A stretch of DNA of 64,000 bases from positions 124,001-188,000 of the forward strand of contig CM061247.1 in the NCBI GenBank assembly GCA_022605425.2, in the 5' to 3' direction. The stretch is from Hamiltosporidium tvaerminnensis FI-OER-3-3 (lineage: Eukaryota; Fungi; Microsporidia). Position numbers and translations under genes: made by a program. How positions within the stretch are numbered: the stretch's first letter is position 1; each line of letters begins with the position of its first letter. Shown here piece by piece: positions 23,901 to 37,407 of the stretch. The notes beneath the pieces are model-generated. The model saw only the letters and a list, made by a program, of their open reading frames with translations. It was not told where the DNA came from and made no database searches.

Positions 23901-26900
23901 ATTTTTTTATAGAGAGCCAGAAAAACCATGAATCAATATTTTTCTTTGTATATGCCCAAATCGGGCAAATCATACACCCGAAAACTTATTTTATTTTACC
24001 ATCTTCAGATCTATCAGATTATTTGAAAATACTGAGAGTATATATAACTTTAAGTATTGCAAAAGACCAAATCAAAGAATATAAAAAGTCGAATTTATTA
24101 TTTTGTGATTTGACTGTAAATTGCATCCAAATTAGCGAAATATTTTTATATTTAATTTCGCTTGTGAGATTATCTAGCTGCACGGATATTTTAACAAAGA
24201 CCGAGATATATGATTATTTTCCCATTATAGATGTTTTAAAAGTACTTAATAGTGATTTGGCAAGAAAGTCTGAAAATATTGATATGATAATGGAATATGC
24301 TTATACATATATTAGATTTTTATTCGAAGATGAATTTTATTTGATATGTTCATTTTTTTATACAATTAATTGTTATACAAATTTACCAAAAAATATATTT
24401 AAATATTTTAATCAAAGATTTATTTATAGACCTAGAATAGGAAATATTAAAGAGTTTAATTCTGATTTAATATGCGATCAAGAAATAAATTTTAAACAAA
24501 GAATACTTGGTAATATGGTTAACATTATTCGATTAGAATCATATTTTTTAAAAATTAGTGCATTACAATTTTTATCAGAAATAATATCTACATTTCCATC
24601 ACTTCTATATTTTATAAAACCATATATGTTAAATGCCTATGTAGAGGTTTTGGATTCTTTGATTATATTGAATAAATTGTTTCCATTTACAACTGGGAAA
24701 AATGGAATTTGAACTTTTTATATGGATATTTTTTTACAGTTTCTTTATTTAGAGGTAATTTATGTTATGTAAACGACTTAGTTGAAAATTTATGTAGCAT
24801 ATTCAAAACAAGTAATATTAATCGTAGCTATACACTGATTTCTCTTATTTATAGAATTTTATTGTCTGAGATTTGTTGTTGTAAATATATTCAATATCTT
24901 AATAGAGAAAACCTGTATTTTTTTGATGAAAATTGCAAAAATACTTTTCAAAAAAGATTAAAAGATATTTATAAAATATTTATATCGAATAATATATTGG
25001 AACTACTAGTGAATAAATTCGAAGATCTTTATTCAAATCAGGCTATCATTCCGATGTTTCAAAATCAACTTATTGATGTATTCAATATTTTTATAGGATT
25101 TATTGAAAATAATAATATATCGATATCTGAAAAATATTTGATTTTTAGCCTTTTTAGATTTACTCTACCAGTTTCTTCTGGTTTGTTATGTCCAGTATCT
25201 CTTTTTCAATTCCAATCATTAGATGTTTTTGAAATTACTTCTGACGAAAAAAATAAAATTTATAAATTTACAAAGATTGCTTCGAAGCAAATATCAAAGT
25301 TTAAATTAGTAGAATTAGGTTATATCAATAAATATCATAAAAGTATAGGTATTTGTTCCGTTTATAAAGAAATCATGTTCACAAATTCAATAATAAATTT
25401 ATTAAAGAAAAATTTTAATGTGGATTATTTAAATGATATTGAAACAGTAATAGAAAATTTCTCACCTGAAAATTTAGGCACCGAGGAGTCCGAAACTTGT
25501 TTAAAGCGTAAATTAAATAAATACAATATACCTGAATGTGTGATTTCTAAATTTAATTTGAAATACGTTCTTGGTAGAAAAAACCCGGAGAAATATAGCA
25601 TCGATGGTGAAGTATTCGTAATGTTCAGTTATGATTATATAGTTAATAAAAAATATGCAGCAAAAAGGAATAAAATTGAACTTATCAGTAAAAAAACCAA
25701 TATAACGCCCTCAATCTACCAAAAGATCCAATAATTGTTTATGAAAAGGCAAATTGTAGGCTATTTATATATTCGTGCATCTTCTCAACCAAATAAAGCT
25801 TCATGAAAAGTACAAAGCTTATGAAAAACATTCTATTTACTTATTATAATTCGAAAAAATACCAGTATTTTGTTGAAATTTTCAAATCGGAAATTTGGAA
25901 ATTAAAAATTTCAGAACAATATTCAAAATTTCAGAAAAAAATTGAAATTTTAGAAAATATTGTAAATTTTTATAGCCATGAAATTCGAATCAATCATAAA
26001 AATATGATACTATGTTTTGTTTTATTTGAATTGATGAATTTTAAAGAGAATGAAAATTGTTTTTCTGATACATTTACAATCATTCAGTATTCGTTAAATA
26101 CCAAAATTTATAAAATGCAGAATGAAGATGTAAATATTCTATATCAAATACTTCAGGTTCATAAAAAAGATACCAAGGGTCTTATATGCTCAGTTTTAAA
26201 TGTTTATTTATATTCTTTTGAAAAATTAAAATTATTTACAGTGGAAAGCTTTTTTGCTTTAGACGTGAATACTAATATTTCAAAAATTACCAAATTTTTT
26301 GAAGAAATCGATTCTTGCTACGATTTAATAACTGAAAATGACTTACATTTTATTCAGGAAAGGTTAGAAAATTTTTTGTACTTCTTTGAATACATTTTAG
26401 AGGATTCATTGAACGCTTTTTTTGTAATTTTTTTTGACTTTAAAAATAAGATTCTTTTTGTTGTTTTTGAAAAATGTATAAAAATACTTGGAAGATGTTG
26501 TAAGCTATATTCTTTGACAAGGAAGTTGATATTTAATAATGAAGAACTTTACAAATATAAAGATAGATTGATATATAAAGATTTTCTATGTTTCCTATAT
26601 AAAATTGATACAGATAGAATTTCTTACCAAGCAATAATTTATCAAAGGAATGGAAATTTTAATAATTTGCTGGTTTTATTTTTTAAGATTAAAAAATTAT
26701 TTGTGAATAGCGAACAAATATTTTCCCATTTTACGTTTTATCGCTAGAAATAAAATTGATGCTTACGGCTCTAATATATCACTCATCTTTTTCGCATTTT
26801 TATGATCAATTTTTACTTTTAGTAGATCGCAATAATATTATTGACTCAATCGTTGAGCTTTTTGAAAATGATTTAACTGAAAATTTTCTTCTGAATGATT

Positions 26901-27864
26901 GGAAAGTGACATTTGTAAACGAAAATGGTGAATGTATTGGTCTTTTATATTTATTTTTTCTTCTCTATGGCAAGGCTATTAATGAAAACGCTTATTTCAT
27001 GCCATTCAAGACACTTGATTTTGCCTGTTTTATTGCTGAAACACAAGAGGAACAGGCTAAAATAGAAAGCATATACTATTATACGGGTATAATAATGGCA
27101 AAAAGGTATAATTATGAATTCGGTCATGGGTGTGGAATTTATTGATTCATTCTATATACATTTGAAACAAGAATCTATCGAAATTTAGGATTTAAAAAAC
27201 ATCGATCCGGAATTTTATAAAAATATTATTTCTTTAAGAAACGTTGAAAAATTAGACTCTTTATATTTGGATTTTAATGTTTCTGTAAAAGTTGGAGAAC
27301 CAACAAAATAATGAATCTTCATGGAAGTGAAGTAGATACTGATGTTACAAAAGAAAATCTAGAAGAATACATTAGAAGAATTACTGAGTTTAAAGTCTAT
27401 AAAGGTATGAAACCATATTTGGATAAATTAAAAGAAGGATTTAATTACGTATTCACTCAGTCTTTTACGATTTTTTTTACCTATCTTGACCAAAGGTGAT
27501 ATTAGAAGGTGAAAATAAGATAAATATAGCGGAATGGAAAGCAACAACTCAGTATAGTAAAGAATATAGCGATGAAGACCAACTTATAATTTGTTTTTGG
27601 GATTTTGTAGAAAAATTGGATGATATAGCTAGGCATAAATTATTGTTTTTTGTTACTGGATTAGAAAAATTACCGATTGGTGGATTTAAATCTTCAAAAT
27701 TTTTAGAACATCTTTTTAGAATCGATTATACTTCTTGTAAAAATTTATTGCCGAAGGCACAAACGTGTTTCAATTTATTAATTTTACCAAAATATGATGA
27801 TGAGAATACGCTTATTAAAAATTTGAAACTTGCAATGGAGACTATAGATTATGCATTGGCATAA
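20910..27864 (+). pseudogene. Large HECT-domain E3 ubiquitin ligase split by about 7 frameshifts or stops
   Basis: Consecutive same-strand ORFs in shifting frames; C-terminal pieces carry HECT motifs DRNNIIDS, WKVTFVNENG, YYYTGIIMAK, DLKNIDPEFYKN (27190), DVTKENLEEYI, FWDFVEKL...LLFFVTG, LPKAQTCFNLLILPKY. Confidence 0.8.
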
Positions 27865-28499
27865 TTTTTTTAAGGAAATAAAATTTTTGAACTTTTAAAT
27901 TATTATTCTAGATTTCGGTGTTACCTTTTCCATATAAATTCACATTTGTATTCCTGTAAGCTACTGGGCTGTATTTTAATATTTGTTGCTGCATCAATAT
28001 TTTTATATCGTTGGAAAATTTTTTGTTTTTCCGAAATATAAATACTAAAGCTAAATCTTTTGTTAATAAAACACCTTAAAATTTGATTTAAGAGAGAAAG
28101 AATAAATATTTTAATTTTTTCTATTCCCTTCTAACTATTATATACTCTGGTATTTTATAACCTTCTTCTGCATTCAATTTTAACTTGATTTCATTTTTGT
28201 CATTCGGATAAAATAATTTCTAATATTTATCATTTTACAGGTCAAAGTAATTTTTTTGTGTTTTTATATCAAGGTAAGCATCAAAGTCAGAATAAATCGT
28301 AAATTTACATTCCAAGTTATAATTATAAGTTGCATTAATGCAAAAAATAGTAAACGAATTATTTGATTTATAATTAAAAAACAATGAAACCTCATATTCA
28401 AAAATAAATGTAAATTTATCCTTAAATTTGCCTCGGTTTCAAACCCTTGAGAAAATTATCTAAAATTGCAATGTGATCCTTTAACAGGCGAAAAGAAAG

Positions 28500-31400
28500 A
28501 ACTTGAAAGCAAAGAGGTATAAAGTAAAGGTTGTAAACAATTTGGAAATGGTTCAAAAAGGTGAATGAGGGTATTCGAGAAAACCAATTTCAAATGATCT
28601 CGCTTCAACTACTTATCTATAACAACTCTCACTAAACCCGTACAAACGTCGTCAAACTAGTCTTGTTTGTTTCTGATTATAAACTCGTTCTCCCACACCA
28701 TGTCTCGTGTATATACTAGCTAAAAGAAGATCAAATCTAATATTGCTGCATTTCCAGAAATAATTCGGCTGATACTATTGTCAATAATATACTCCGGCGT
28801 GTCTGTGATACGGGATAACCTCGATTGCAGATCCGGCAATACAGAATAAATATTCTAGCAAGCTTTGAAATAGCTTGTCTATAATTCAGAGGTACAATAA
28901 TGAGAAGCTTGGTTGTAATATTATGATATATGTGTAAAAAGAATACGTATGAAATGAAGTCCAAAGGGAAAAAAGGCAAGATGAGAATGAGCGACATAAT
29001 ATCGCGGATTCAACACAGAGCAGTATTCGTAAGTGGAACAGCACTCTATACTAATCCGAGATAGAAGTAGATGACTAAATTAAGAGATTCGTGGAAGAAA
29101 TCGAAAAAATAAATGCTTGAGGCGAAGGATTCAAGTGAGGTGTTGATCGAGTAATGAACTAAATTAATCTGTTTGTATATAAATACTGAGAATTTCGCTC
29201 GCCAGCGAATAAAGCTGTACGGTTTATACGGCGGAGGATACATGCTTAAGCATTCGAAACCAAGAGAAAATCATATCCGGCTGGATGAAAAATTACCCAA
29301 TAATATTTCAACGCTAGTAATTCGCAAAAATCTTCTAAGACTCTCACTGGGCTAAAAAACTTTCTTTTGGGTGCAAAAAAATTCAAAAAATCATACAAGA
29401 GTCAAATTAAAAATTATAAACAAAAATGTCTCGGGACTGCATTTAGAAAAAATTTATCATTGAAATTTTTTTTTGTGGAAGCGGGGTGAAAAAAACCTTA
29501 GAATATATGAAAGTATAAAACTATTGAGAAAAGAGAAACGTATGTTTAAGCTGCACCAATGTTAATTTTATACTTGATTATATAAACCTTGTGTGACCGA
29601 GAATATGGTATGTCGTACCAAAATTGTATGTTTTTGGTCCACGATGTGACAAAAATAAATAATATTTATGTGAAAATTATTTGATCCTATTTGTATCAGA
29701 TAACTATCCGGCCATGTTCCTTTACATTTATGAATTTTTAGTTATCATTAATTGGCTTTCTAACTAGAAAGCTGGTGGAATTGATTATATTCACAAATTT
29801 CTCATCAAGACAATAACAACTCTTCACAAATATCTTTATGATATTATGAAATATATTTTTAGAAGGGCTACTTCAAGCTTATTGGTTCTAATACGCCTCG
29901 CTTATTCAATTCCGAAATGAATCCTGCAAAGAGGCTCTGATTAAAGGCCAATTATTTGTATGTCTAGCCTCTATAAGTTAACGAGAAAGTCTCTAAGATA
30001 GTCTTCAAATTGAAGTGTAAAAGCCTGGGTTACTTTCAGAAAACAAATCAAGAGTAGTAGGGGATCTTCAAAGCATCAGTGCAGGCTTTATTGAATGCAT
30101 ATTTCAATAAAGAGTACAGAAACAATCACATGATAAAACCGATTAAATGCCATCAAAAACTATGTCTCGATAGATCGTGCTTATTTGACTCATTGCATCG
30201 GAAACCTTAACTTTTCTGACTCGATCCGGACATGGGTTAAGTAAAATATTAAATAGAAAATTGTTTTTTCTGTAGGGTTTGAAAAAATTAGGAGCAGAAA
30301 ATTGGAAAGATACTACTGAGATATAGCATGATACCTTCGCTTTTTGAGTTGTGTATATATACGTTAATCCGCAAACTCAATTAGAAGTACACAAAGATGT
30401 CAATACACAATGATGCAGATTCTCACACTACCAATCATGTCTTGTCCATGATTATTTTAAGTTCCTTACAACAGAAAACTTCCATTGGGATCTATGGCAG
30501 TTAAGACTAAATATTTTTTGAAGGCTATTGGATTATAGATAAACGAAAAGAAGTCAGCCAGAAAGACAAATGTTGCGAAGATATCTCTGTTATTCTAGAA
30601 GGTGTTGGTTTTGCAAATATTTAGAAATAATAGAAAATAACAGATGTAATTTCAAACTACGCACATTTGAACAAGTCTAAAGCAAACACATATAAAGAAC
30701 TAAAGGACTTTCGCACTAAATTAAACGCAAAAAACTATTTTCGGCAACGATCAGAATGCAATATCTTAGATTTACTACCACATAGAAGTATTTAGACTTG
30801 CATCATCCGACTTCTCTAAGTTACATGTTGCACGGAGTGCGCGGTTTGGAAAAAATAATGTGCACGAAAAGTCGGTTTCCAAAGAGAATTTATATCTTTA
30901 TGGGACAAGCTTGAATAACGCCTCATAGTGTTGAGATTCCAAGGAAAAATATGCGAACTACAACTCTTGGTTTGTCTGTGAAAACGGAAAGAAACATCCT
31001 TAAGAGGATAAGCAAGGTTCATGGTGTAAAATATTAATTAAACGCATCTTGCAACAACAAAAAGTTTCTTAAACGTAAAATATACTGATGAAGAGAAGTC
31101 TTATAGAAGAAACTGAAGACGGTCAATCTGAAAGTTATATAAAGAAAGAAAAATGAAAACCTAACTGAAAGTCATAAACCAAGAATAATGAGATCGTAAG
31201 TGATTTTGGCCGATAGAGATTGCTAAATAAGGGCAATATTAGGCCACATTATAAAGCAGTAATATGTTATATTCTGGATCGATAAATATTTTTGGGCGCA
31301 GAACGTATATGCCTACATTGTAATAAATCTGGTAAAATAGTATCTCATTTAGCAACGTGATGTGAGTAATGCTCGGTCGTTGACTTCACCAGACAGCATA

Positions 31401-32150
31401 AAGAAGTGGTTTGATGCCGAAATCTTTGCTTACAATAGAAATAGATTATAGTTTTCAAAGCGAATATGGAGTCACTTAGTTCAAGAAATTCTTGAAAACT
31501 AACATGGGGATATAAGAATTCCGACAGAATAAGAACCGATGTCAAACTCCGAATAAAAGACCCGACATATATTTTTTGATAATGGAAAAAAGAAAACTAT
31601 ACACATTTATTTACGTGGAATTACTTATCATGATTCACTTCAAATAATTGACACTAAAAAAAATATAGAAGTATGACATGTTAGCAAACGAACTAGAACT
31701 TTTTTTAAGTGTGGTGTTGAGATAATCTATTATGTGATGACCTGGGGCGGTATTGTGACAAAATACCTTAATCCATACCTCAAAAGACTGCAAGTATTCT
31801 TTAATGTAGAAGCCTAAATTATTTCGATAGTACTTAAGCTGACAGTCGAAATAATATTTTTTGATCTACGAAGAGTACTTGAGTCTAGACTAAATGCCGA
31901 AGAGAGCTCGGAGAGAGCATCTATAGATGCAATACATGATTGTGAAATATATCCACAGTCCGTTTTCGTATTTCTAATTCACGCGAATGGGAAGAAAGGC
32001 TCGAAAAAAAAAACAAATACCAAACTCTTGAAACTAAAAATGTTGAAAAAAGAATCGAAACCAAAATATTGACTCAAAATCTATAAGCGAATCTAAATAT
32101 AGAAAAACAATTATATAGAATAGATTTGGGGGCAGAATAAAGAGCAAAAA
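28500..32150 (+). mobile_element. Old, nearly full-length degenerate copy of the RLE retrotransposon
   Basis: Co-linear matches to 38.7-42.35 kb, e.g. gaaaagagaaacgtatgttt, caaatatttagaaataatagaa, ggcaatattaggccac, ttatgtgatgacctgggg, ctaaatgccgaagagagc; many stops and indels. Confidence 0.85.
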
Positions 32151-32278
32151 CAAGAAATAAAATTACTCTGGTATCTACGATATTTTAAATCGTGTTTAAA
32201 TCAATAAATAAGAAGTTTCATTTTGGTTTCGAATCGTTTCCCTTCAAAATTATTTTTTACATTTTTGTTGATCCCCTA

Positions 32279-32593
32279 ATGAATAACAATGAAAATGTTT
32301 TAGGAACAACAGATTTTGAAGAATTTCTAGACAAAGAAATTGTAATTATGTTATGGGATGGAAGACAAATATATGGAATTCTCAGATCTTTTGATCAATA
32401 TAATAGTATTACCATACAGAATACAAGAGAAATATATATACATGAAAAATTATATTCCGAAAAAGATATAGGACTCGTTATTGTTCGAGGAGAAAATATT
32501 ATTTTATTAGGTACATATAAAGGCTTCTTAAATAATTTTAATAAAATGGATTATTTAAAATTTTGTGAAATGACCAGTGCTATAAAGAGCTAA
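32279..32593 (+). CDS. LSM1: Sm-like protein LSm1
   Basis: LDKEIVIMLWDGRQIYGILRSFDQY, GLVIVRGENIILLG; ATG follows cccct. Confidence 0.85.
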   Translation: MNNNENVLGTTDFEEFLDKEIVIMLWDGRQIYGILRSFDQYNSITIQNTREIYIHEKLYSEKDIGLVIVRGENIILLGTYKGFLNNFNKMDYLKFCEMTSAIKS

Positions 32594-32775
32594 ACTATCA
32601 ATCAAAATTAATTATAAATGCTTTTTTATATTAGTCGTGTATTAACTATTTGTACCAAATGATAATCTTTGACTCAGTTTCAATATTTATAAATAAAATT
32701 AATTATAGTTTAGAATTTATAAAAAAAAAGTAAATAAATATTTTATTTTTGTTAATTCTATGTATATTTTTGCTA

Positions 32776-32961
32776 ATTTATTCCAAATATTCATCAATTA
32801 TAAAAATTATAATTTGTTTCTTCCTAGTTAGCTTCCTGATATTCTCTTAAGATTTATTCCAAATATTCATCAATTATAAAAATTATAATTTGTTTCTTCC
32901 TAGTTAGCTTCCTGATATTCTCTTAAGATTTATTCCAAATATTCATCAATTATAAAAATTA
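32776..32961. repeat. 76-bp tandem repeat, ~2.4 copies
   Basis: ttccaaatattcatc recurs at 32781, 32857, 32933. Confidence 0.9.
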
Positions 32962-33885
32962 GAAATTTTATTTAGTGAATTTGATTTTTATTCTAGCTTC
33001 ATCAAATATAAAACAATTATAAAAAGAATAATCTGATGATTTGAATAAATTTTTTCTTATAAAAAAAAAATTAAATTTAATTTTTACATTTATTTCCAAA
33101 AAGAAATAACAGTATATTTCAATTTATCTAAAAAATTATTTTAATCAAAATTTTCATCAAAAATATTCATCAAAGATTTCTTTATAATTATTCTTTCTTC
33201 AAAATATCTTTATTTGACATTTATTGATTTCTTTAATAATATTCTAAATAAAATATCAATATTTTAGCTGTTAAAAATATATTTGTTTAATATATTTGAC
33301 TAAGTATTATTTTTTAAAAAAACAGAGTATTTTTTTGTTATTAATACAAGCTTATACTTATTTATTACCGTGAAACTAAAATTCAGAAATAAAATTTGTC
33401 AAAAATTTAAAATTCTATAAAAATTAAATAAATTCGTATTTTACTGTAAAAGACCGTTTAAACTCGAAAAGAAAATAAATTTAAAATCCTAAAAAAATAT
33501 TTTAAACATTTTTTCTAAATCTGTATGAGAAAGTAAAACTTTATTTAAGGAAAACCTAAAAAATATTTTAAATATTTCTTCTTTAAACCTGCTTAAGAAA
33601 TTACAAAAAGAAAATAAATTAGAAAACTAAAAAATATTTTATATTTTTCCTTAAATCTGCTTAAGAAATTAAAAATTTAATTTACCGTTTGACTGCTACG
33701 CGGCGCGAATGCGCTTCGTTCATTTGTCTCGAAAACAGCGACGCAGCGCTTTCGCGCTGCCAGTCACAGTGTGTCTTTTTGCTCCGTGGAATTGAACGTA
33801 GTCTGACCTCGCGAGTACTTTGTAACACGAGTGTATTCTAAACTAACTTTTTACCGTTTTTATATATTATTTAAAAAATATAACC

Positions 33886-35565
33886 ATGTCACGGACTATT
33901 ATTTCGGACGTTGATTCGATTGCTAGCGATTCTGAGGATGGTGAAATTGGTGGTGACACAAGTAGTGATGATAGCATTATTATAACTCATCGAAGAAAAA
34001 GACTGAGGATTGAAAGTGAGTCTTCTATCTCATCTTCAGAAGCAGAGGAAACACCAACTTTTACGAATATTCCTCCGACTAATGTGTTTTCCTAAGCAAA
34101 AAATAATTTTTTCGAGACTCCTGGACCTAGATGTGCGCCTCCCCCCGATGCTTCACCGGTAACATATTTCAATTTATTTTTTACCACATCACTCCTTGAA
34201 ACCATTGTAAGGGAAACAAATCGATATGCTACCCAGTTTTTTGCCTCGCACACTGTTTTGAATAATTCTCGAGCAAAAAAGTGGACGCCGACAACGATAT
34301 ACGAAATCAAAGCCTTTATTGCAGTCTTACTCGAAATGGGGATTACGAGAAGGCCAACAATTGATAGTTATTGGGCAACAGGTTCCCGGCAATTACCATG
34401 GTTTAGGACAATGTTTTCAAGGGATATGTTTCAACTGATTTTGAAGTTTTTTCACTTGATTGACAATACGTCATTATTTGAACCAGGACATCCGAATTAT
34501 GACCTATGCGGCAGATTTGATATGCTTGTCAAACATGCAAATACTGTATTTCAGCGGCATTATATACCAAATCAACAATTATCTATCGACGAGTCGTTGG
34601 TTGGTACTCACTGTCATTCTGCCATAAAACAATACATCCCAAACAAAAAACACCATAAATGGGGGATAAAATTTTGGATGTTGTGCGACTCGATTTCTAA
34701 ATATTGCTTGGGTTTTTTTTGCTACAAAGGAGCTAAAAATACAGATGACAGAGATTTAGTACAAAAATATGGCCTTGGATTTACGGTTGCGCGAAAATTG
34801 CACACAACTGGCAATTATCTGTTCAAGGGCTATCATCTGTGTACAGATAATTTTTACACAAGCTTACGCTTGGCCAAAGCCCTTTTGAAACAAAATACTT
34901 ATCTAACTGGAACAATTAGACGTAACAGAAAAGAGATTCCTCCAGAAGCTAAGAAAGCAATCGTAGGAGAAGCGAAATACATGGCACATGAAAATGTATT
35001 GATGTGCTCTTTCAGGGACAAAAAGTCCAAACCAAACCCAGTCAAACTGATTTCATCAAATTCGGATACTAATAGTGTGACGATCAAGAAAAAGAAAGGG
35101 AATTTTGAATACGAAAAGATGAAACCAAGCATGATTCATGACTACAATAAATACATGGGTGGTGTGGACGAATGCGACAAAATGCTATACGTGTATTTAG
35201 ACGAGCGAAGAACCCTCAAGTATTGGAAGAAAGTAGTATTCAACGTATTTGGAAGAATGGTGCTGAACTCATATATTTTATATGTTTCAAACACTACTGA
35301 AAAAAAAATGAACCGGCTCAAATTTACATCGAAAATTATTGACGACATCGAAAAGGAGTGGATGTACCATAAAAATAGCGTGTCAACACAACCATCTTCA
35401 TCAACTAATAAATTTGCGCTTGAAAAATTACCGGGTCGTAACTTACGACAATGTGCGGTGTGTAGCAACAGAAGGAGCGGGATCAAGCGATCCCACCTTA
35501 TTTGCGCTTGTTGTAAAAAAGGCCTTCACGCTATTTGTGCGGCAAAACATAGTTGTAATACATAA
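33886..35565 (+). pseudogene. piggyBac transposase with one in-frame TAA at 34093-34095
   Basis: Reading frame continues after the stop (FETPGP...YFNLFF...IVRETNRYA); DDD triad SIDES / TDNFY / GGVDECD; C-terminal cysteine-rich CAVC...CACC..LH..C. Confidence 0.88.
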
Positions 35566-35627
35566 ATTTTTTAAGTAAGAGTCAGAATTTTTCACTCTCA
35601 TGAAAACGATCCTTTACGTTCGGAAAA

Positions 35628-35677
35628 ACACTAGGTAGTATCACATAATAATATTATTTTGTGATACTACCTAGTGT
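35628..35677. repeat. 50-bp near-perfect palindrome in the piggyBac 3' region
   Basis: acactaggtagtatcaca-t-aataatattatt-t-tgtgatactacctagtgt. Confidence 0.9.
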
Positions 35678-36093
35678 ATTATCGATAGTAATTGTTATCA
35701 TGTATCACCTAGTGCCTACGCCGGAATCATTCAAAATCATTGATTCGCGTGCTGATCATAAGAGAAAATCAATAAACTTTAAGTTATCTTTTTATAAATT
35801 TTAATTTTTAACGACCACTTGTTTTTCTATGTTATCAATAACACTTGTTACATTGTAGTTGTGCGAAACAATATATATATATAAAAAAAAAAAAATTGAC
35901 AACATCAATTGAAAATAAGTCCCGCAGTTTTCGTGCGTTCTTGCAATAATTGCTTAGCAGCCAAAAGGTCAAAGAAAACTAAAAAATATCTGAAATATTT
36001 TCTTTTTAAACTTGAAAAGAAAGTAAAAACAAAATAAATTTAAAATCCTAAAAAAATATTTTAAACATTTTTTTTATTTTAAAGTCCTGGAAT

Positions 36094-36669
36094 TCATTTA
36101 TTTAAAAATTCATTTATAAAACTATCCACATCTGGAACAATTCTATCTAAATAGTTTTCACCGTAAATTTCATTTTCACTCGGTTTTGAAAAGACTAAAG
36201 TATCAATATTTTCTTTCTCGGTTTCAGTGTCTAGAAGAGAAAGACTGGCCGTAAAATTATCTAAGCTTGAGCCAGGTGTTTTTCTCCACAAAGGAGAAAC
36301 TGGAATATTATCATTTTCAGTATCTAAAAACTCTAAATATCCATCATCAATTTGGCTTATCAATTCATCAATTTCTCTGTAATTTTCATCATCTACCGCA
36401 AAATCTCGGTGTTCCTGTTCTTTTACATGAAGTTCATAGTCTGAGTATTTGGTATAACATATTTCACAAAATCCTTGCTTGGGCGCCTTTTTTCTTTTAA
36501 CAGAAGATTTAAATTTTTTATTTTCAAGAAATGGACAACACATAGGAGGACTTGACAAATTCAAAACAGGTGCAACCACACCAGTATACTCTTTATAAAA
36601 AGGCTGACATTTTCCTTTTATATCTTCTATAAGAATATAGGGACTTTTAAAAATTTGATATTTTTTCAT
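36094..36669 (-). CDS. DBF4: Dbf4-like DDK regulatory subunit (motif M plus C-terminal DBF zinc finger)
   Basis: PYILIED...PFYKEY...P...CPF (motif M); GFCEICYTKY...HV...H..FA.DD.NY..ID.LI (zf-DBF). Confidence 0.8.
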   Translation of the reverse strand: MKKYQIFKSPYILIEDIKGKCQPFYKEYTGVVAPVLNLSSPPMCCPFLENKKFKSSVKRKKAPKQGFCEICYTKYSDYELHVKEQEHRDFAVDDENYREIDELISQIDDGYLEFLDTENDNIPVSPLWRKTPGSSLDNFTASLSLLDTETEKENIDTLVFSKPSENEIYGENYLDRIVPDVDSFINEFLNK

Positions 36670-36824
36670 GTTTCCTATTATTTTTTAAAAAAAAATGGGA
36701 TTCACTATTTAAATAAAAAAAATTAAATTTTAAAAAAAATCGAACGCAATTTATTTTTTTGTTGCTTTTTTAAAAATACAAATTAAATCATTTTTTTTAA
36801 AATTTATAAAAAATTATAATAAAT

Positions 36825-37070
36825 TTGAAATTTATTGTAATAATACTTCCTATAGTAAATGGCAAGAAAATTTAAATTTATAGAAAATGAAAATAAATTT
36901 GAAATTTATTGTAATAATACTTCTCATAGTAACTAACAATAAACTAATAAATTTATAGAAAATAAATTAGAATAAACTCTTATATTACTCTTCCCATAGT
37001 AACTAACAATAAACTAATAAATTTCTAACAATAAACTAATAAATTTCTAACAATAAACTAATAAATTTAT
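36825..37070. repeat. Nested imperfect tandem repeats (ctaacaataaactaataaattt units)
   Basis: Repeated aaatttgaaatttattgtaataatactt and ~21-bp ctaacaataaactaataaattt units. Confidence 0.75.
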
Positions 37071-37407
37071 ATTGAAATTTACTTTTATCTTTTACAGAGT
37101 ATTAAGCAAACAAATACTTAATTCCTGATATTTATTAGAAATATAAATTTATTTCGAAGTAATTATATTAATTACTACTTTAATAAAAAAAAACTAATAA
37201 AATTTAAAAAAAAAATTATATCGATTTAGAAATATTAGAAATATTGGAATAGAGAAAGTGTTTTTTTAAATTATATAAATGATAACTTTATTTTTTTAGA
37301 AAATTTTAATTTGAGAAATATTAGAAATACTCAAATATTAGAAATACTAGAAATACTTAAAACACTTAAAATATAAATTATTATTTAAAATCAAAGTGGA
37401 ACGTAAT

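Larger units (their letters stand above)
33685..35968 (+). mobile_element. piggyBac DNA transposon
   Basis: Imperfect 17-bp TIRs CCGTTTGACTGCTACGC / GCTTAGCAGCCAAAAGG; flanks TTTA and TCAA (TTAA variants); transposase inside; GC-richer than flanks. Confidence 0.9.
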
